Source of the DNA: a virus
Lineage: Duplodnaviria; Caudoviricetes
DNA length: 36,922 nucleotides
Virus record (IMG/VR): IMGVR_UViG_3300037851_000155
Span: 1 to 36,922 of that record
Reading direction: 5' to 3' (one strand)
This document shows, piece by piece, positions 34,065-36,922 of this stretch; positions within the stretch are counted from its first letter, which is position 1, and every line of letters begins with the position of its first letter. The notes beneath the pieces were generated by a model, which saw only the letters and a list, made by a program, of their open reading frames with translations, did no database searches and was not told where the DNA came from. The translations under genes were made by a program, and so were the position numbers.

Positions 34065-36071
34065 TTGGCTACCCGGCTATACCTGTATGTCGCGTCGCAT
34101 TCAAGCAAGACGACATCCACACAGTCCTCGGTGTGGAATGTTACCTCCGGTGCGGACAGGAATCATGTTGCCAAGACAGCGTCCGGTGCGAGTGAGACGC
34201 GGACGACTTACGCCACGAGTGGCGACACGAACCTTGACCCGCAGGCCCACCTTGAATACCAAGCGATCAGCGAGTACCCGCTATCAACTGACACGCTGAA
34301 CAGCGGGATTGCTTTCTCCTGCTCGATCAGACACCAGGAGAACAACCTGAAGGACAATCTGTACCTTCGGGTGGCTTTATGGCTGATGAACGCGGACGGG
34401 ACACTGTTTTCCTACGTCGTCTATATGACGAACGACGTAGAGACAGGAACGTCGCTCCGTTCGGGGTACATCACTGCGAACACCGCCAGCCAAATCACCG
34501 GCTGTTCGGGTAAGTACCTTGTGATCGACGTTGGGCTGTACGGCGACCCTGCCTCTGGAGGTGGACACAATGGTACAATCGAAGCCGGGAATAATGGCAC
34601 AAATGATTTGCCTGCTTCGGATGGTAACACCAGTACATATAATGGTTGGGTAGAGTGTTCGGAGAACATCACGTTCAATACCGGCAACGTCTCGGCCCCT
34701 GCGACGGTTAATAGCGTCACAGCGAACCTGATTGCCCCAACGGTTTCGGCTGTCAAGAATCAGACGATCACCCCGGCGGTCGTTGGTGTTGCCGGGGCGG
34801 TCCAGGCCCCGACGGTTGTTGCTGTCACGAACGTAACAGTCCAGCCGGCGGTCCTGGGGATCACCGCGACGGTCCAGGATCAGACAGTTTCCGCCGTCCG
34901 GAATATCTCCGTTGACGTGTCGGCGGTTGCCGTCACCGCCTCTGTCCAGGCTCAGACGGTTTCCGCCGTCCGGAATATCTCCGTTGACGTGTCGGCGGTT
35001 GCCGTCACCGCCTCTGTCCAGGCTCAGACGGTTTCCGCCGTCCGGAATGTGTCGATCACCCCGGCGGTGTTGTCGGGTCTGATCACGTCTCCCGCCGTTG
35101 GTATGTCGATGGGGGCCCTTGCCGCAGTTGGGGCGGTGTCCGTCACCGGTACGGTTCAGGCGGTCACGGTTGATACGGTCACGCCGGATGTCACGGTTCA
35201 GCCGGCTGTCCTGGGGCTCAGTGGATCAGTAGAGCCTCCAACGGTTCAAGCCGTCAGGAATGTCGCGGCCGATGTTGGAGTCCTGGACGTTTCGGCCTCG
35301 GTTCAATCGGTCACGGTGACAACGGCCGGCCATATCACGGCAACGCCGGCGGTTGTCACGGCGAGTCTCAGTGTCGAAGCAGTATCGGCCCGGACCGGCG
35401 TGACGGTTAGCGTTGGTGAGATCGCTACCGCCGTGTCGGTTCCCGGGCCAACAATGTCAACGGGGCAGACCGTTGTTGCCGCAGTAGTTACCGTGACAGG
35501 GGCGGTTCAAGGAGTCACGATTTCAACGGAGGAATTGACCCAAGTCTCTCCGGATCCGGTGACAGCCACCCTGTCCGTTGTCTCTCCCGCTATTCATTAC
35601 GGGCAGACGGTCACTCCGGCCGTAGTCGCCGGCACCCTGGCACTCCAGGCCCCGAGCATCCAAGTCCAGGGTGAGGTCGTTGTCCCTGTCGCAGTAGTCA
35701 CGGCTACCATGACCGTCCCTGGGGGTGCGGCCAGTATATCGGCTATCCCGCAAGTGGATCCATTGGCGACCTCGATCTCTGTTGTGGGGCCGTCAGCGGT
35801 CACTGTCGGGGCAACGCCGACTCCGGCGGTGTTGGGGATCCTGGGGACGGTCAATGTTGTAGACATCCTCGCGATTGTCCGGGGGGATGCACAAGTTTTT
35901 CCCTCGGTGTTGGCTCCGGTGATTTCGCTCCAGGCCCCGAAGCCGTTTGTCGTAGCCTGGCCTGGATCTCTCCCCCGGATGTCGCGAGAAAGCCTCCGGG
36001 CAACCGTTGGGGACTATGTACGGGAGGATGTCCGGGAAAAGTTGCTGAAATTGGTTGAAGAAGCACAGTAG
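34065..36071 (+). CDS. long fibre protein: N-terminal globular domain plus ~18 V/T/A/P-rich repeats of 22-25 aa
   Basis: TTG start after GAGGGG; repeats such as NVTVQPAVLGITATVQDQTVSAV from ~34677 to ~35970. Confidence 0.75.
   Translation: MATRLYLYVASHSSKTTSTQSSVWNVTSGADRNHVAKTASGASETRTTYATSGDTNLDPQAHLEYQAISEYPLSTDTLNSGIAFSCSIRHQENNLKDNLYLRVALWLMNADGTLFSYVVYMTNDVETGTSLRSGYITANTASQITGCSGKYLVIDVGLYGDPASGGGHNGTIEAGNNGTNDLPASDGNTSTYNGWVECSENITFNTGNVSAPATVNSVTANLIAPTVSAVKNQTITPAVVGVAGAVQAPTVVAVTNVTVQPAVLGITATVQDQTVSAVRNISVDVSAVAVTASVQAQTVSAVRNISVDVSAVAVTASVQAQTVSAVRNVSITPAVLSGLITSPAVGMSMGALAAVGAVSVTGTVQAVTVDTVTPDVTVQPAVLGLSGSVEPPTVQAVRNVAADVGVLDVSASVQSVTVTTAGHITATPAVVTASLSVEAVSARTGVTVSVGEIATAVSVPGPTMSTGQTVVAAVVTVTGAVQGVTISTEELTQVSPDPVTATLSVVSPAIHYGQTVTPAVVAGTLALQAPSIQVQGEVVVPVAVVTATMTVPGGAASISAIPQVDPLATSISVVGPSAVTVGATPTPAVLGILGTVNVVDILAIVRGDAQVFPSVLAPVISLQAPKPFVVAWPGSLPRMSRESLRATVGDYVREDVREKLLKLVEEAQ
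34887..35048 (+). repeat. exact 72-bp tandem duplication (2.25 copies)
   Basis: GTTTCCGCCGTCCGGAAT... at 34887, 34959 and 35031; encodes VSAVRNISVDVSAVAVTASVQAQT. Confidence 0.9.
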
Positions 36072-36082
36072 AAAGGCAGACA

Positions 36083-36379
36083 ATGGGACGTGAATATCGG
36101 GATGTGACAGTTTTCACGCAGAAGGCGGGGGATTACCTCCACCGGCAGTTTGACTTTTCGGGGTGGATCCCCTCGGCCGAAACCATTAGTGGAGTAGTCG
36201 TGACGATCACGCCGGTCACAAGTCCGACCCTGGCGAACATGGCCCCTGCGATTTCCGGGAAGGCTGTTGATGTCGCGATTGGCAACGGTGTGGCCGGGAT
36301 CGACTACCTGGTGTCGGTTGAAGCGACAAGCAGTGGGGGGGTGGTCAAGACGTTGGAGTGCATAGTCCAGGTAGAATGA
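36083..36379 (+). CDS. fibre adaptor protein (Gp77-like)
   Basis: QKAGDYLHRQFDFSGWI..AETIS...GNGVAGIDYLVSVEATSSGG. Confidence 0.65.
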   Translation: MGREYRDVTVFTQKAGDYLHRQFDFSGWIPSAETISGVVVTITPVTSPTLANMAPAISGKAVDVAIGNGVAGIDYLVSVEATSSGGVVKTLECIVQVE

Positions 36380-36922
36380 TGTACGTCTCTCTGTCGAATG
36401 AATGGCTAAAGGTCCGGGATGGCGTTACCCTCACGGATGTCATTGACCCGGTGATCGCTCACCTGGATCCGTACTTTGCTGCGGCGGGGAAGGTCGCATG
36501 GGTCACGTCCGGATACCGGTCCCCGGAGGATCAGTTGACCGTTGTAAAGAACCTGGCCGTCCGGCATGGAGTTGCGGGGGAGCATCCCTCGATCATCAAT
36601 GCAAGCCTTGACCAGAAGCGGTGGCACCATGACCAGAGTGTGTACGAATGGCAGTTAGCCTGGAGCCGCCTGTTGAACCTGGGGATCATTGTGAACCCGC
36701 CTCGGCCGGCGGTGGTCTTGCTGGACTACTTTGTCAACGGTTTCAACCGGAAGGGGAGGGTGATCGGGGCTTCCCCGCACCAACGGGGGACGGCCTTTGA
36801 TGTCGGGGGAGGACCGAACGGGGTCCAGGACGAGCATGATGTCTTGATAAAGGCTCTCGGGAATCTCCCTGGCCTGGCCTATGTTCTTGTGGAGCGAAAG
36901 AACAACGCTCTCCATTGTGATT
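36376..36922 (+). CDS. peptidase M15-family endolysin (runs off the window end)
   Basis: hand translation MMYVSLSNEW...VTSGYRSPEDQ...SPHQRGTAFDV...NNALHCD, with M15 Zn motifs; absent from the ORF track because there is no stop. Confidence 0.75.
   Translation, partial: MMYVSLSNEWLKVRDGVTLTDVIDPVIAHLDPYFAAAGKVAWVTSGYRSPEDQLTVVKNLAVRHGVAGEHPSIINASLDQKRWHHDQSVYEWQLAWSRLLNLGIIVNPPRPAVVLLDYFVNGFNRKGRVIGASPHQRGTAFDVGGGPNGVQDEHDVLIKALGNLPGLAYVLVERKNNALHCD

Noticed and set aside
34887-35048. Tandem repeats as a possible CRISPR array or DGR template/variable repeat
   Set aside because: Contiguous in-frame coding repeats with no spacers, no adenine-specific mismatches and no cas or RT gene
36900-36922. 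Possible circular junction: the endolysin frame would continue into position 1 and stop at ~68
   Set aside because: No terminal overlap is visible, and a short open frame is expected by chance; completeness cannot be claimed

Overview
Near-complete genome segment of a temperate-type, cos-packaging siphovirus or prophage (about 60% GC by eye), almost entirely on the + strand. Order: two leftward HTH genes; divergent promoter with a structured leader; Cro-like HTH; YqaJ exonuclease and RecT; VRR-NUC; replication initiator with internal iterons and a loader-like gene; displaced gpZ-like gene; lambda-like cos (~6484-6525); ParB-like gene plus TAGT/GREB1-like glycosyltransferase with a G9 tract; accessory cassette with a duplicated promoter (DUF932, stand-alone RarA/MgsA C-terminal domain); lambda-type terS/terL; RHH gene and internal promoter; gpW-like, portal, protease-capsid fusion; neck genes; two paralogous tail-tube genes (the second fused to LamG); tail chaperone with -1 frameshift; tape measure; tail tip and fibres; three consecutive signal-peptide-bearing fibre/beta-helix genes; holins and spanin-like gene; a three-gene repeat-templated fibre module; truncated M15 endolysin. 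No integrase, tRNA, CRISPR array or reverse transcriptase was seen. CCGG and GATC look strongly enriched, AGCT and GCGC strongly depleted. Family calls come from motif recognition by eye, not database searches.
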